The notes beneath the pieces were generated by a model. It was given only the letters and a program-made list of their open reading frames with translations, made no database searches and was not told where the DNA came from. A stretch of 64,000 nucleotides of DNA from Mytilus trossulus. Taxonomy: Eukaryota. The position numbers and the translations under genes are program-made. Of this stretch, positions 48,515 through 62,632 are shown one piece after another (positions within the stretch are counted from its first letter, which is position 1; each line of letters begins with the position of its first letter). The stretch is from positions 62,310,001-62,374,000 of the forward strand of contig NC_086379.1 of the NCBI RefSeq assembly GCF_036588685.1, written 5' to 3'.

Positions 48515-49064
48515 AGGTTCTCGCAGATACATAATGCATCTAGGGGTGAATTCTATTCTTTATTCAAACTCGAGTTTGGTTTGGAACCGTATCTATTGCG
48601 ATTATTACCCAAGGACAGATATTACATATCTCAACTTCGATGCTCGAATTTGAAGTTATCTATTGAGACGGGTAGATGGGCGGGGATCGGGAGGGAAAAT
48701 AGAATATGTACATTATGTAATGAGGGAATAGGGGATGAGTTTCATATATTGTTTACCTGTAAAAATGCTGATGTTTCTGCTCTTAGATCTAAGTTTATAC
48801 CAAATTACTATGTAATGAATCCAAGCAAGAACAAGTTCACTGGCTTGTTGTTCTATTTGTAACGTACAAGTTCAAAGGAATTTATCAATTTTTGTGAAGA
48901 AAATCATAAAATATCTAATTATACCAATCGTCTTTTAAAATATACTATGTATTTGTGTTTCGTTCGTCCTGTCTCGCTATGTATTATCTTAATATGTTTG
49001 TATATATTGTCCTCTTGTACACAAGTATGTGTCTGAGGTTATGAATAAAATCTTGAAAATCTTG
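48515..49064 (+). mobile_element. 3' end of a non-LTR retrotransposon (RTE-X-like C-terminal zinc-knuckle region)
   Basis: LRCSNLKLSIETGRW..RENRICTLCNEGIGDEFHILFTC; tail AATAAAATCTTGAAAATCTTG. Clade assignment tentative. Confidence 0.7.
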
Positions 49065-49375
49065 CTTCTTCAGAAAATACTATACTTAGTAATTATCTAG
49101 TCCATTTTATTTTTACAAGAGACTCCGATAAAGTCCAAACCACAAAAATAATCAACAACACTATGTACAATTCTATAAGCAATCATCATTCCAAAATGTT
49201 ATACAGTTACACCAAAAAATTAGAATATTTTAGTTTCCACATTTTTACGCAATTAGACTTTTGCAACTCGCAACTCGACTTTCTTAACTCGCAACTCGAC
49301 TTTTGTAACTCGCAACTCGACTTTTGTAACTCGCAACTCGACTTTTGTAACTCGCAACTCGACTTTTTTAACTAA

Positions 49376-51040
49376 TATCTTTTTTTTTTTTAGAGAGAGA
49401 GTAACTCATTTGGATTACACCAATTTTCAATAAGGCTCTCCGAATACAATAATAATTACATTACAAATAAACAATGCATCAATAATAATGGTAAATAAAG
49501 ATTATGTACAATTTAAAATACAATAAACAATTATGATATGGCATTACAGTAAAAATATGATGGTAATGTTAAAAGTACATAGATTTGTATTTATGTTTAA
49601 ATTCGGATACTGTATTTGATTTTTTTATTGAATTAGGAAGAGCATTCCACACTCTTGGTCCATTGTACGAGAAACTAGACTTATACAACTCTGTATTTGG
49701 TTTTGGAATAATAAAATTATCTGAGGATGAAAATCTCGTATTATATTTTTGGTTTGCAGAAGCTGATACAATAAGACTTGACATATATTCTGGAGCTAAG
49801 CCATGTTTTGCCTTATACATTAGTAATGATTTGTGATAAAGTATTCTTTGTGTGATTGGCACAATGTTACATTCGTGAAATAATTCTCTTGAAGGTTTGG
49901 TGTAATCATGTTCGTCTAAAATTATTCTTGCTGCCCTTTTTTGCAGTTTTAGTAAACTATCTAATAAAAAGTTATTACAGTTTCCCCATATTGAACAACA
50001 ATAATCTAAGTGAGGTAAAACGTAAGAGTTATAGTACATTTGTCTAGCTTTATGATTTAAATATTTCTTTATCCTTTTTAGTAAAGCTAAAGAAGAGTTA
50101 ACTTTTTTGATTATATAATCGATATGAGAAGACCAAGATAGAGATGCATCAATAAAAACACCTAGAACTTTTTCACATGTACTTTCTATAATTTGTTGTC
50201 CATTTAAAGCAAGATTAATGTTTTCATTTGATGTAACGGACAGCTTTTGTTTAGATCCAATGCATATAGCTTTCGTTTTAGATACATTTATAGCCATTTT
50301 ATTGTCATCACACCAGCGATCAATATCTTGTAAAACTGTATTAAGTTTTTGACTGATGCAACTTTTGTTTTGTCCAATGACTGATATGGTGCTATCATCA
50401 GCAAATAAATCGGTGTTATGATTACGATTAGACAAAGGAAGATCATTAATAGAAATTAAAAACAACACCGGTCCTAATACGGATCCTTGAGGTACACCCG
50501 TTTTTTGTTTTTGTACGTCTGATAATGTATTTGAAATAGATACTTTCTGATATCTGTCAGCCAAATATGATGTAAACCAACGTAATGAAGTATAAGCTTA
50601 TTTGTATTTGTTTAATTTTTGAATAAGCAGTTCATGATTGAGAAGATCAAAGGCTTTTGCTAGATCTAGAAATACTGCTCCAACAAGATCGCCATCATCA
50701 ATGGCTTTAAGCCATTTATCTATTAAAGCTGTTAAAGCAGTTTGACAAGAATGGTTTGCACGAAAGCCTGACTGCATTCTATACAATAACTTGTATTTAT
50801 TAAGATATTTTACTAAGTGTGTTTTCACATGTTTTTCAAGGATTTTAGAAATGAGTGGTAAAATTGCAATTGGTCTATAATTAAAAACATCCTGTTTTGA
50901 GCCTTTGTTCTTATAAACTGGTATGACTTTTGCCAGTTTAAATGAGGATGGAAAAATACATTTTTAGATACTCAAATTAAAAATATGACAAAGTGGTAGT
51001 GAAATAGCATGAGAAGACATCTTTAAAAATTTTGCACTTA
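49376..51040 (-). mobile_element. 5'-truncated L2/CR1-group (Crack-like) LINE, RT pseudogene in the SYT17 intron
   Basis: NYRPIAILP, QSGFR..HSC, FLDLAKAFD, GVPQGSVLGPVLF, FADD and KTK motifs; in-frame stops at 50598-50600 and near 50965; A-rich 3' tail at about 49380-49391. Confidence 0.9.
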
Positions 51041-51102
51041 TGGTATAAAGGTTTGTTGCTTTTGATTCATCTAGTGCTTTTAGTTGTAAACACACAAAAT
51101 CA

Positions 51103-51392
51103 TAACTCAACTATCGTAACTCGCAACTCGACTATCGTAACTCGCAACTCGACTTTCTCAACTCGCAACTCGACTTTTGTAACTCGCAACTCGACTTTTA
51201 TAACTCGCAACTCGACTTTTGTAACTCGCAACTCGACTTTTGTAACTCGCAACTCGACTTTCGTAACTCGCAACTCGACTTTTGTAACTCGCAACTCGAC
51301 TTTTGTAACTCGCAACTCGACTTTCGTAACTCGCAACTCGACTTTTTTAACTCGCAACTCGACTTTCTTAACTCGCAACTCGATACTCGACA
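51103..51392 (-). repeat. 21-bp tandem array AACTCGCAACTCGACTTTTGT (right arm of a foldback-like element)
   Basis: About 13 copies, reverse complement of the 48256-48514 array. Confidence 0.9.
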
Positions 51393-52691
51393 ACAAGTGA
51401 ATCATGTATATCCGACTTGCTGTGCTTTCGACTCGCGAGTCTTGTGTGTTCAGTGTCATTTATCATCTAATCTGATGAAAGCTAATAGTTTATGTAGAAA
51501 TCGGTCATGTTTAAAATTACAAGTCACCTAATATTTTCGTGTTTAATGGATTATTATAATAGTTTATTACATTTACAAACATGGAATGAACTTTTGACCA
51601 CTTCCTGGTCGATATCACGTGTATTTTGAAGAACACAAGTAAGGATTAAATAGAACCAACGTATTAGTCATTTATTATATAAAAAAGAAAATGCGGTATG
51701 ATTGCCAATGAGACAACTCTACACAAGAGACCAAATGACAAAGAAAATTAACAATATGAATGTTTCTAAAAAAACATGATGGTGTATCAAGCCAACAATA
51801 ATTTCGTCGAAACCTCATAAAAAATTGTAATAAATAAAGAATGTATCTAATGGACACAGATACCATCACTTGTTTGTGGTAAGGTCAATGTACCCGAATT
51901 CATACTTATTGACTTTTTATTTTTTGAAACTTGATGGCATTTGTTTTTGTATGCAGTCATTAGATATTTTGGCCGTGTTTGAGTGGTTTCATTGTTCTGT
52001 AATGGGGTATCTCGAGAACAGTGAAAGTAACGTCATCCAAATTTGAATTTGATCTATGATTGAATGAAATAAGCATTGTGTATAAGTTTTATAACATATG
52101 ATTGAGGGAAACTAAAGTTACAGTACAGAAATAAAATTCGGGACCCACGAACGCGCGAACGAAGACGATTGGTGTTCCATGCATATTTTAGAAACCTTGT
52201 AATAACTCATTTTTTGCGATAAAACTAGTTGAGCAGATACCTAAGATTATTAGCGGCGAACATGAAAAGTTCTCCGTAACAGAGACGTGAATAGAACTAG
52301 ATGTTTTTGAGAATATGATTATTTATTTAAAAAAAAAATAAAGGTCTCATCAGCTCTTTCGTTAACAAAGGTTTTACAATATTTCTGGGCAATATTTTCT
52401 ATTTAAAAGTGTGGTACTTCAATGTCGTATACTTATTTTGTGCACGATCAGCTGTGCTAAAATCTAATGAGAAATTAAATCTGTTATTAACCCTCTAAGC
52501 CTAGATCAATTAGTACTACATCACACACGTTTTGTCATTATCCCATTCTAAATCTATTTTATATATAGTTAATATATAATTGTACCTAATAAAAACTTAT
52601 GCATGATAATCTACCGATACTTTACGACATCTGCTGTCACAAAAACACGAACAAATCGTTTTAACAAATGACAGACTTAATTTAAACAATA

Positions 52692-53455
52692 CTAGATCAC
52701 ACCCGTGATATCACGGGCCAGTGACTGAATTAAAGTATATTACTATGCGCAAGCCTTATGTTAGTATTAGTATTGTCATCTGATAAAGTCATGCCGATTA
52801 TAAGATACACAGTTTTCTCTGCTTTCAAATCTTTTTGTTTTAACCCGTGGAACTGGAACTTATCAATTATTGGTAATATTAATTATTCGGAAAACAAAAG
52901 GTCTTGGAATGGAGTATTTTTTAATAAACAGCATTGTCATATATAAGTTATAAATAAAGTTGAATTCTTTGATTCGCTGTTTTCGTCATGCCCACTAACA
53001 AATTGAAAACTGTCCTTATACGCCTTATTTTTATTCCAGATTTTTAGTATTCGCATTGTTATCTAAGAAAGTCTTACTGATTAAAATACTACAATAGGTA
53101 ACACTTTGACAATTTAGTGGTGTCAACTCTGTGATTATGACCCGTGTATATACTATAGCATAATTATATTAATCCTGAATACACCGTTTGTTGGTGCGCC
53201 TGTCAGATGCGGAACGTACAGATAAGGTAATAGGTAACAGGTGAATATACTATTGGCATCGGTATCGGACTCGATCCGGAACTTCTTAATTATTGGCAAT
53301 ATTAATTACGTGGAAAACAAAAGAGCCTGGAGTAGTGTAATTCTTAATCTGCACCTTTGTACTATATTAGTTATATATAAAGTTGAATTTTGTGATTTGT
53401 CGTTTTTACGTGATGACGGCTGACAAATTGGACCTCGTAATTTTAGTATTATAGA
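52692..53455 (-). mobile_element. Non-autonomous Helitron
   Basis: Minus strand A|TCTATAATAC 5' end and 3' hairpin CCCGTGATATCACGGG followed 6 nt later by CTAG|T; inserted between A and T with no target duplication; internal ~150-bp direct repeat (52850-53000 versus 53278-53430). Confidence 0.85.
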
Positions 53456-53987
53456 TATAATCAAATTATACAGCATTACCCTCTAAGTCAGAGTGGATAA
53501 TTTTTTTGTTATCTTAATTTTCATATTTACAGCGTCATTGGAGTGATTTCATGTTCACAAGACAAAAGTTAGAAATATCTTAATGATTTTCGGATTTAAC
53601 CTTTTGTATGGATCGGATTAGTGTATTGGATGTTGTATTATACATGTACGTCATGGCCTACATGGATAAAATAAGATATGCGATATAAGATATAATTTAA
53701 GGTCAATATCCACTTCTCATCAACAGCAGTCGTTAAAATATGTCAAGCTCTAAATGGCTCAAGCACTAAATGGCTCAAGCACTAAATGGCAATGAGTCTT
53801 AAAAGTTGGGTTCACGTTCGGTACTGTGGCAATTGTTTGTTGTGATTTGTTTTAATTAAATGAAAGCAAGAGCGGTAAAGGGTTAGGTGTGATTATTCCG
53901 ATTTGAATTTTTGTCATTATATATAATATACATGTGTAACTACGACCAGCAAAAAACACAAGACGACATTATATCTTAGAAACTTAC

Positions 53988-54839
53988 CTTTGTACTCGGC
54001 AATACTGGCTTCCACATATGTCCTCCTTTAATCAAGTTCATGCCACCCAGAGGTAAATATACTTGGCCAATGATACAATGCCGGGAAAATTTATCAAAAT
54101 CTTTAATCAAAATTTCAAGCGTCCTCATTTGAACTTCACCGAACGGTATTTCAAACATGAAGTATTCATTCCATGTTGGATTTTGTGTCTTTCTTTGAAC
54201 CGATGTCTGTTGTGAATTTTTCTGATCTGGCAACAAGCTTACTTTACAGTAAGGATTCGAATGTGCCAGATCTTGTTTTGTGTCATCAAGAATAAAAGGT
54301 AACGGCAAGTCTTTAGCCTCAATTATTTTAACAACAAGGAAACGATTTACAACATCATATTGTAAGCCAATGTGAATTTGTCCAAGCTGAAATTTGGCCA
54401 GCTTTTCTTCATCGGTTAAACATGGTTCATTTATGACATCATCATACAAATCTCTTTGGAAATTCTCCACTGTAATTTCGGTTTCACTCGGTAATCTCCG
54501 TCGACCTGGTCGTGGCTGGACGTTTTCTTTGTTAGCCGTCCAAAACTCAATTGGCTTCATATCAATTATAGGAGTGGTAGTACCCTTCTTATAGTCACAA
54601 CTTATCTGAGATGCTGACGACACCGAATCAGTCCTTGACGTACTGTCAGACTCTATCCGTTCACGGAAACTTTTGTGACTTTCTGCACAAGAACTTGTAG
54701 AATCGAGTCGAGTAGACGATTCACGGAAAGAATGTTGAATGTCACTTTTTCTCAGTTTCTTTCGTTCCTCTTGACAACATTCACAACATACTTCTTTACA
54801 GCAGAAAATTTCGTATAGTTTTTCACAACACTTCTTTGA
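53988..54839 (-). CDS. SYT17: Synaptotagmin-17 large exon: Cys-rich N-terminal region, linker and C2A domain
   Basis: Acceptor ttttgcAG|TCA and donor AAG|GTAAGT, both phase 0; CCEKLYEIFCCKEVCCECC without a TM helix; LTDEE..QLG, QDLAHSNPY, LLPDQKNS, DFDKFSRHCIIG and KGGHMWK are SYT17-characteristic. Confidence 0.94.
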
Positions 54840-55509
54840 CTGCAAAAGTGAGAAAAAAAAAGAATTAAATGCATAAAGCTACAACGATTTTTGTAAGAAG
54901 AATGGATCTGTTGGATTAATGACTTCAGTAATTTGTGTTGTTTAAAAAAAGGTGACATTTTGGGTATGGTGTGAGAACGTGTCCGCATTTAATTGTTATT
55001 CCCTGGGTAAAAAAAAAATACAGCGATAGGGGCTGCTTCCTTGATATGTAAAGATTGTTTACTAGTATTGTGTAGTTATTTTGCTGTCTTGTGTGCATTT
55101 CAGCATCACCCTTTCCAAATTTGACCCGTGTTTTTAAAGCATAAAGTAAAATCTACTGGGACAATCTGTTTGATGAAAATATATTAAGAAATTACTTTTT
55201 CTATAAATGGCAGTCTGTTTTTATTTCCACGTTATAAAATGGCGAATCAAACATTGTATAACATCACATAATCGACATTGCAAATTGAAGTGTTTGATAA
55301 TTTCGACATGCGAGCAAAATAAATAAAGAGAAAAATATCAAATTATCGGCTGCTTGATGTTTGACAACCATCATTACTGGCGGTAATTACATAATTATGA
55401 AGTACACGACAGCTGGTAATTAAAGCCCATCATACTAACAATTCATTGTCTACAGGGGAAAATATAACACAATTAACTTTAACTAATCGAAATGACAAAA
55501 CAAGAATAA

Positions 55510-56660
55510 AATGTCGTGTCACTTGGGGTATAAAATGTCGTGTGACTTTCGGTATACAATGTCGTGACGTATCACTTTCGGAATAAAATTTCGTGTCGTA
55601 TCACTTTCGATATAAAACGTCGTGTCACTTTCGGTGTTTAATGTTGTATCTCTTTCTGTATGATCTGTCACATCACTTTCGGTATGATATGTCATGTCAC
55701 TTTCGGTATGATCTGTCATGTCTCTTTCTGTATGATATGTCGTGTCACTTTCGGTTTAAAAGTGGTGTCTCTTTCGGTTGATACATCGATTCGTAACACT
55801 TTCGGTATTGAATGTTGTCTCTTTTGGTATGATACGTCATGTCACTTTCGGTATGATATGTCATGTCTCTTTCGGTATGATATGTCATGTCTCTTTCTGT
55901 TTGAATGTTGTGTCTCTGTTGTTATCATGATACGTCGTATTATAAACACTTTCGGTATTGAATGTTGTATCTCTGTTGGTATGTCATGTAACTTTCGGTA
56001 TTGAATGTTGTGTCTCTTTCGGTATGATATATCGTGTCACTTTCGGGATTGAATTTTGTGTTTCTGTCGGTATGATATGTCATGTCACTTCGTAATTGAA
56101 TGTTGTCTCTGTCGGTATGATATGTCATGTCACTTTAGGTATTGAATGTTGTGTCTCTTTCGGTATTGAATGTTGTGTCTCTTTTGGTATGACATGTCTA
56201 TTCACTTTCGGTATTGCATGTCGTGTTTCTGTCGGTAAGACATGTCATGCCACTTTCGGTATTGAATGTTGTGTCTCTGTCGGTATGATATGTCATGTCA
56301 CTTTCGGTATGACATGTCAATTCACTTTCGGTATTGCATGTTGTGTCTCTGTCGATAAGACATGTCATGTCACTTTCGGTTTGAATGTTGTGTCTCTGTC
56401 GGTAAGACATGTCATGTCACTTTCGGTATTGAATGTTGTGTCTCTGTCGATAAGACATGTCATGTCACTTTCGGTATTGAATGTTGTGTATCTGTCGGTA
56501 AGACATGTCATGTTCCTTTCGGTATTGAATGTTGTGTCTCTTTCGGTAAGACATGTCATGTCACTTTCGGTATTGAATGTTGTGTATCTGTCGGTAAGAC
56601 ATGTCAGGTAACTTTCGGTATTGAATGTTGTGTATCCTTCGGTATCAAATGTCGTGTGAA
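55510..56660. repeat. Degenerate minisatellite, ~24-bp subunits forming ~48-bp dimers (CACTTTCGGTATTGAATGTTGTGT / CTCTGTCGGTAAGACATGTCATGT)
   Basis: Tandem copies visible; produces the periodic ORFs in the track. Confidence 0.9.
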
Positions 56661-57901
56661 ACGTTGAAACAATAGTCTACATAATGATTCCTAGTATATT
56701 GATACGAACACTATAGTTTAAGGATATGTATGAAATCGGAAGTGCCGACCATGCGAATTGTTCTGGCACCAGTCGAGTTGTTGTAAATTCTGTAAAATCA
56801 TGTGAACAAGTCATAATTGGTGGTGTCACAGAAGAAAATATGGCAAGATTTAAACGGAAGATGTACGATCCCTACAGTGCCCATTGTTCTTAGAACAATT
56901 AACTCCCTAAATTCACTCACCCACCTTTCAGTATGGACGAAACATGTACATGTTTATTTTCACAAAACTAATACAATTTTTATTTAGGGGCCAGCTGAAA
57001 CCCGCCTTCAGGTGCGGATTTTTTCCCTTTGTTGAAGACCCATTGTTTGCCTTTGGTTGCTTTCTGCTCTTTGGTGGGGTATTTGTCTCTTTGACATATT
57101 CCTCGTTTCCTTCTCAATATTGTAACCAATAAACATTAGAACACTCATCATATAATTTTTTTTAAGGTTATAAATCAAAAATTAATTTTACACATACATG
57201 ACATTTTTTTTTAGGAATAATGATTCCTCGATTTTGATGTCGTTTAATATAAATCCTCATATATCTGTATATTTCCATTTTGTTGCCCTTAGAACTTAAT
57301 TTTTAGAAAAAATCTACAGATACATGTAAACATTTTTTTTCATTTTTCTGTGATAGCGAGTCTCAGCATGAAAATGGTGCTTCTTTTTATTAGCAGACAA
57401 AACCATAATTGACTTGCATGTAACGTTGGTGAATTCAGTAAACTAAATTCTCATAAATATTTTACAAGGATTGCTGATGCTTGTTTAAACCTATACAAAG
57501 CATTCTGCTTCAAGTAATATAAAATTTTGCATGCTCTTTATTAGGATGTATAGAAGTTATTTTTACACGGACATTAAACCCTATGGACAATATCTTGTTG
57601 ATTAAACTATGATGCCAATATTGATCAGAATCCTTACATGTAACCTTAGATAGTTAGCGCCTCATTTAACTAGACATCTCTTTATTGATTCCTTCCCAAG
57701 TACAATATCATGGTTTTCCCTAAAAACACAGGCTGAAATTTTCAAATGTCACGGCTGATAATAAAAACACAACGACGACATTACCACAGTCTGAATTATT
57801 GATCGAGGTAGAGACATCAAATCCACTAATTAACAATAAATCAGAATAAGGAGAAACATATTTCTATAAAAGTTAATTAGAGAATTGAAAATTTGTCTTA
57901 C

Positions 57902-57922
57902 CACGGAAAATATGAAGGACAT
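57902..57922 (-). CDS. SYT17: Putative first coding segment of SYT17 (MSFIFSV), in a candidate exon 57902-57999
   Basis: Acceptor atttcAG at 58001-58000, ATG at 57922, donor GTG|GTAAGA in phase 0 matching the next exon; would give a 448-aa protein. No homology support for these 7 residues. Confidence 0.45.
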
Positions 57923-59574
57923 GATGTTGGTTTCCTTCCCGTGTCTATCGATTAATGCTTCGTTTCAGCGGCCATTATTTCCCTCGCCATCCTCGATCAC
58001 TGAAATATTGAATAAGATTTATTTTTTACCCAAATAAATGATTAAAGCACATATGTTACAACTATTTTTAATTGAAAATATTTACCACCTGTTGGGATTT
58101 TAAAAAAATACGTCCATGAATAATTATGAATTTCTATTACACGACAGATATACATGTATATGATAAATATGAGACAACAGGAGTTCAGAAGAAATACATT
58201 TGTAAGACAGTGGGTAAAATATATTTGTATGACAGCTGATAGAATATATATTATTTATCGGAAGAGGTGTTACAGTTTTTTTTATCTTACATTTTAGACC
58301 ATGTTTAAACGAACAAAGCAATGCATGTGCATATCAAAAACACCGGAAAGATAATGTTAAAGAAAGAAACCTCAGTGACACTATAAACAGAAAGTTAATC
58401 ATATCATAGAATTAATACCGGTATTGTAACTATACGTACGAAATGTGTTGCGTGAAAGTCCTAAATCTGTATCACATAGGTACAAAAAGGAGTATTTTTT
58501 ATTCTTTAGTATCTACTATTGATATTTTTGAATTTATGCAGTTACATTAAAATGACATATTGATTTGGTTGACAGATGTCCCATATAATGTTGATATATA
58601 TGAATGGAGTGAGGACAATCTAAACAAAATCCTCCTACTGATTTATATTTTTTTATAAAAATCTTCTTTATATTGATATTAACGTTGGTGTTTGTTTTGT
58701 AAACCTGAAAATGTATGCTAATTGTCTGATTACAGGGTTGTCATAACATAATATAACAAAAGCATTTATTTTATTCAATACATTAAAAAAGGAAAGATGG
58801 ACATATTCGATTTTATGAATGAACTGCCCATGTGAACCTTGGGCCATTCGAGGGGAAAAAGCGACATGAGACATTGTGGCGTGAATATATTAACTTTTGT
58901 CGACACTTTTTCTGAGTAAAAGAATCAAGTGGAAGATCATGTATTGAGACCTTGTCTTATTTCAAAGACTGCTGTCGTTTGCCTAATAGATGTTGTTTGG
59001 TAATTGTTTATAGCAATATACCGTATTTATTATCAAAATAAAATACTCACGCCATCATGTAAGAAATTGACCGCTATCTTTATGATTATTATTAACTTCG
59101 TACCATAATAAGGAAGATGATACATGATTGCCAGTTTCAATGAGCAATGTAGACTAGTACCCGACCGTTATTGACAAGCTTGACAATACTTGAATATTCG
59201 GTATGCCTTCGGAATTTATTTGTCAGTATATTTCGAAGGCATACTGCAAATTTTACGGAGGGAACCAACCTATGAACAATTGTACAACCTACCAATAGTC
59301 TAGAACTAACGGGGATTTAAGCAAGCATATGCCACAATACGACAAAGGCTATTCCTTATTGTCAAATATAAAAGACCCGACATGACAAAATGTCAAATAA
59401 TTCAAACGACAAAAAACTAACACCACCATAAACGATCTATTTATTGACAAAACAATAAACGAAAACAGACATAACAGACAGCAACCAACGGCAACCACTG
59501 CATATTCAGGCTCCTGACTTCGGAAAGTCACATACATAATATGGCGGGGTAAAACACATTGTGAGCGCTAATAT

Positions 59575-59810
59575 AAAATTGAGAATTGATATGGGGAATG
59601 TGCAAGAGAGTCAACAACCCGACAATAGAGCAGTCAACAGCAGAAGGTCACCAACAGGGCTGCAATGCAACGAGAAATTCCCGCACCCGGAGGTGTCCTT
59701 CAGCTGGCCCCTAAACAAATAAATACTTGTTCAGTGATAATGAACGCCATACTAAAGTCCAAATTTGTTCACAAGAAACTAAAAGTTTAAATAATTCAAG
59801 ACTAACAAAT
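59575..59810 (-). repeat. Interspersed SINE-like repeat, family A
   Basis: Reverse complement of 62446-62632. Confidence 0.8.
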
Positions 59811-62445
59811 ATTATAGTATAAACAATCCACCACAATTCACGGACAATCAAACTTAAGATTAACATTTTCGCAGTCATAATTCGAATATCAATTACACAT
59901 AATATTAGGACAAGTATCAGGTGTGTTGAGGCAATTTGTTGTCCCCTTATATCAGAAAATGCGGAAGTATGATATACCTATACCATTCAAATACCATCCT
60001 TATGTATAAGTTCAGATGCTCAGTCATTAGTATGTCAGATGTTAGTTTTTATGTTTTTGAATTATGTCTTTGCTTTTTAGTGCTTCACACTTGTTGATCG
60101 TAATGCCAAATAACAAACTATGCAAATTATCTCCTAATGTGATGTGGTCATGAATATTTAAAAATAAACCAAGGCCTTACTAAAAAAATATTCAAACCGA
60201 CGAGTTCGTGATCAGGTCAGATTTTGAAAAAGGGGCATTTATGAACCCCAGGATACATGGACTGAAGGTTAACAGGAAAATGCTCCTTCTATCCTAACCG
60301 TGATTACTCAGATACTTTCAATATTAATAATCAAATTTAGTGACAAATATCAATTATTCAGTGGTTATACTCATAACGGACGATAACTGGAACTCGTACC
60401 CAATACATTTCACGCGAATATCGCCACAACCGGTTACCCGCTTTCCGTTGTTTATAATAAGATTTGCAGGCCGATTTCTGGTACTAGGTTTCTAATAATC
60501 CTTTCAATAACATTTCAAAAAATAGATTTCACGACAATTTGTATAAATATAAGTCGTGGTTTCCCAATGCTGACAATGTTATTGTCCTTTTCAGTTATGG
60601 GTTCAGGATGGAAATGTCAAATATCAATAAAGCTGACCTACGTTGTGGTCATTGTTTTAAAAGTGGTACCAATGTGCCGTGTCTCATCATAAAAGACCAC
60701 GTGGTGCTAAAATAGGCTAAAGCTAGCACGATACTTTTATGTTGTTGAAATTTAATTGAAGAACATAAATGTGTTCGGTGAGAGGATAGAACGTTTACTT
60801 TTTAGCATAATGTTTTAGTTAAAAGTAATCAATTGATTTCCAATATTTAGCAAAATGATTGTTTTTAAAGAGTTAATTGGTTTTTACATGCATTGCACGC
60901 AGCTGCTTAGATTGTATTTTTTTTTTAAATTGCAAGAAAAGCTTATAACTGCAATGGACCGTGCTCAAACCAATACGCGTAAACGCATACAAGCAATCGC
61001 ACCACGTTTATAAAAATACAGCCTTTTTAAAGCGTACAATATTCTAAGAATACAATCAGTGACAACAAATGATTTTATCTTGGCGTCTATGCTATATTTA
61101 ATTGTATATTTATTCGGATTTTATGTATGTTTGTTTACACAATGAATGTTGGATCAAATTTATTGGCACGTTAACCAATTATGTCTGTCTGGACGGTTTG
61201 ATTTGTTAAAACAGGTTTTGTGAGATCTTAACCCTACTTCTTTACGTCTAGCCAATGTGGAACAACAAATTCGTGCAGTAAAAGACCTAGCTAAAATGAA
61301 CCCAGATTCTACTGTAAAAATAGGTAACAAAAGAAACTAAATAAATGACAATGCTAAACATAAATTACCAAATTACTTGTAGCAGTACCTGACATACCAG
61401 CTCCCGACTACATATATAACTATACCCCTTGTGAATAAGAATGTTTAAAGGTTTGAATCAATGGTGACATTTATGTGCTTTGTATAGAATATATCCATAA
61501 AAAGAGTATTTGAAATGCCGGAACGTCGAAGATGTCTGCACGTTGATTTACGTTTTCGAAATAGGTCCTTGTAGTAATGATAACATTTAGTTATTGTCAC
61601 TAATTGTATTCTTAGAATATGATATCACTTTTTCAGATAAATTCTGGGTTTGTGCGAACCCACATTGATAATAAATGTGTTTATATCCGTTTGTGATTTC
61701 CACTTACTTGTTCAAACGCTTGGTCCAAAAACACTGTTTACAGATAAAGTATAAGCACTACCCAGTTTTCATAGATTTCGTAAATGTTATGTTGTATTGC
61801 TATGTATTTTGTTTATCTATTGATATTGTGCTTTTTCTGTTCGCACGTAAGATACAAAACATGATCCTAATAAGCTGAAATATTAAACACGCCCATGGAT
61901 AGATAAAGATTAAATACTAGTGATAATCACCTACGATAAAAGACTAATAGAAATAATAATCGATAACCAGCTGCGATTGTTTTTATTACCAAAAAGTGTG
62001 CCATGTGTTTGGACCATGATTATGAGGGAGAAGAGCAAAAACATATAACTCTCTTCCTTATATGGAGATTAAATCAAAACAATACGTAGGATGTCTCACA
62101 GATTATCTACCAATCTATATATAGCTAGGTTATATGGTAATATGATTCGTGATTTAAAAGGTCAAACATTTCCACTGATTGAATATTCTTATAAATAAAG
62201 TTTGAAATTACACTGTCGTTTTTCTGTGCCATTAAACTGTCAAGTATAAATGTATGCATTGCCCACGATTATGTATACCTGAGTGTAAGTGTATATGACG
62301 TGATTACAAACAATCTATCTGAAGTACAGCTGCTGATATTAGAGTGTGGGACGTGATAAGCTTTTAAAGTTCTCTTTTACCAAATTGATTTTCTTTCTTT
62401 TGAATTTTACTTTTTAGTAACTACTAGTGTTTATTGGTACGGTAA

Positions 62446-62632
62446 TAATTAGTATGGCGTTCATTATCACTGAACTAGTATATATTTGTTTAGGGGCCAG
62501 CTGAAGGACGCCTCCGGGTGCGGGAATTTCTCGCTACATTGAAGACCTGTTGGTGACCTTCTGCTGTTGTTTTTTTATTTGGTCGGTTTGTTGTCTCTTT
62601 GACACATTCCCCATTTCCATTCTCAATTTTAT
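62446..62632 (+). repeat. Interspersed SINE-like repeat, family A
   Basis: AGTATGGCGTTCATTATCACTGAAC...GGGGCCAGCTGAAGGACGCCTCCGGGTGCGGG...CATTCTCAATTTT; four copies in the window. Confidence 0.8.

Noticed and set aside
48251-51459. TRNSTFV / VTKVELR heptad repeat proteins
   Set aside because: A 21-bp unit keeps several frames open on both strands; intronic and part of a repeat.
52340-52362. Further hammerhead at CTGATGA (also at 1721, 35991 and 51472)
   Set aside because: No stem II followed by GAAA and no stem I pairing.
55519-56667. Cys/His-rich ORFs resembling metal-binding proteins (CHVTFGIECC)
   Set aside because: Artefacts of the 24/48-bp minisatellite, open in many frames.
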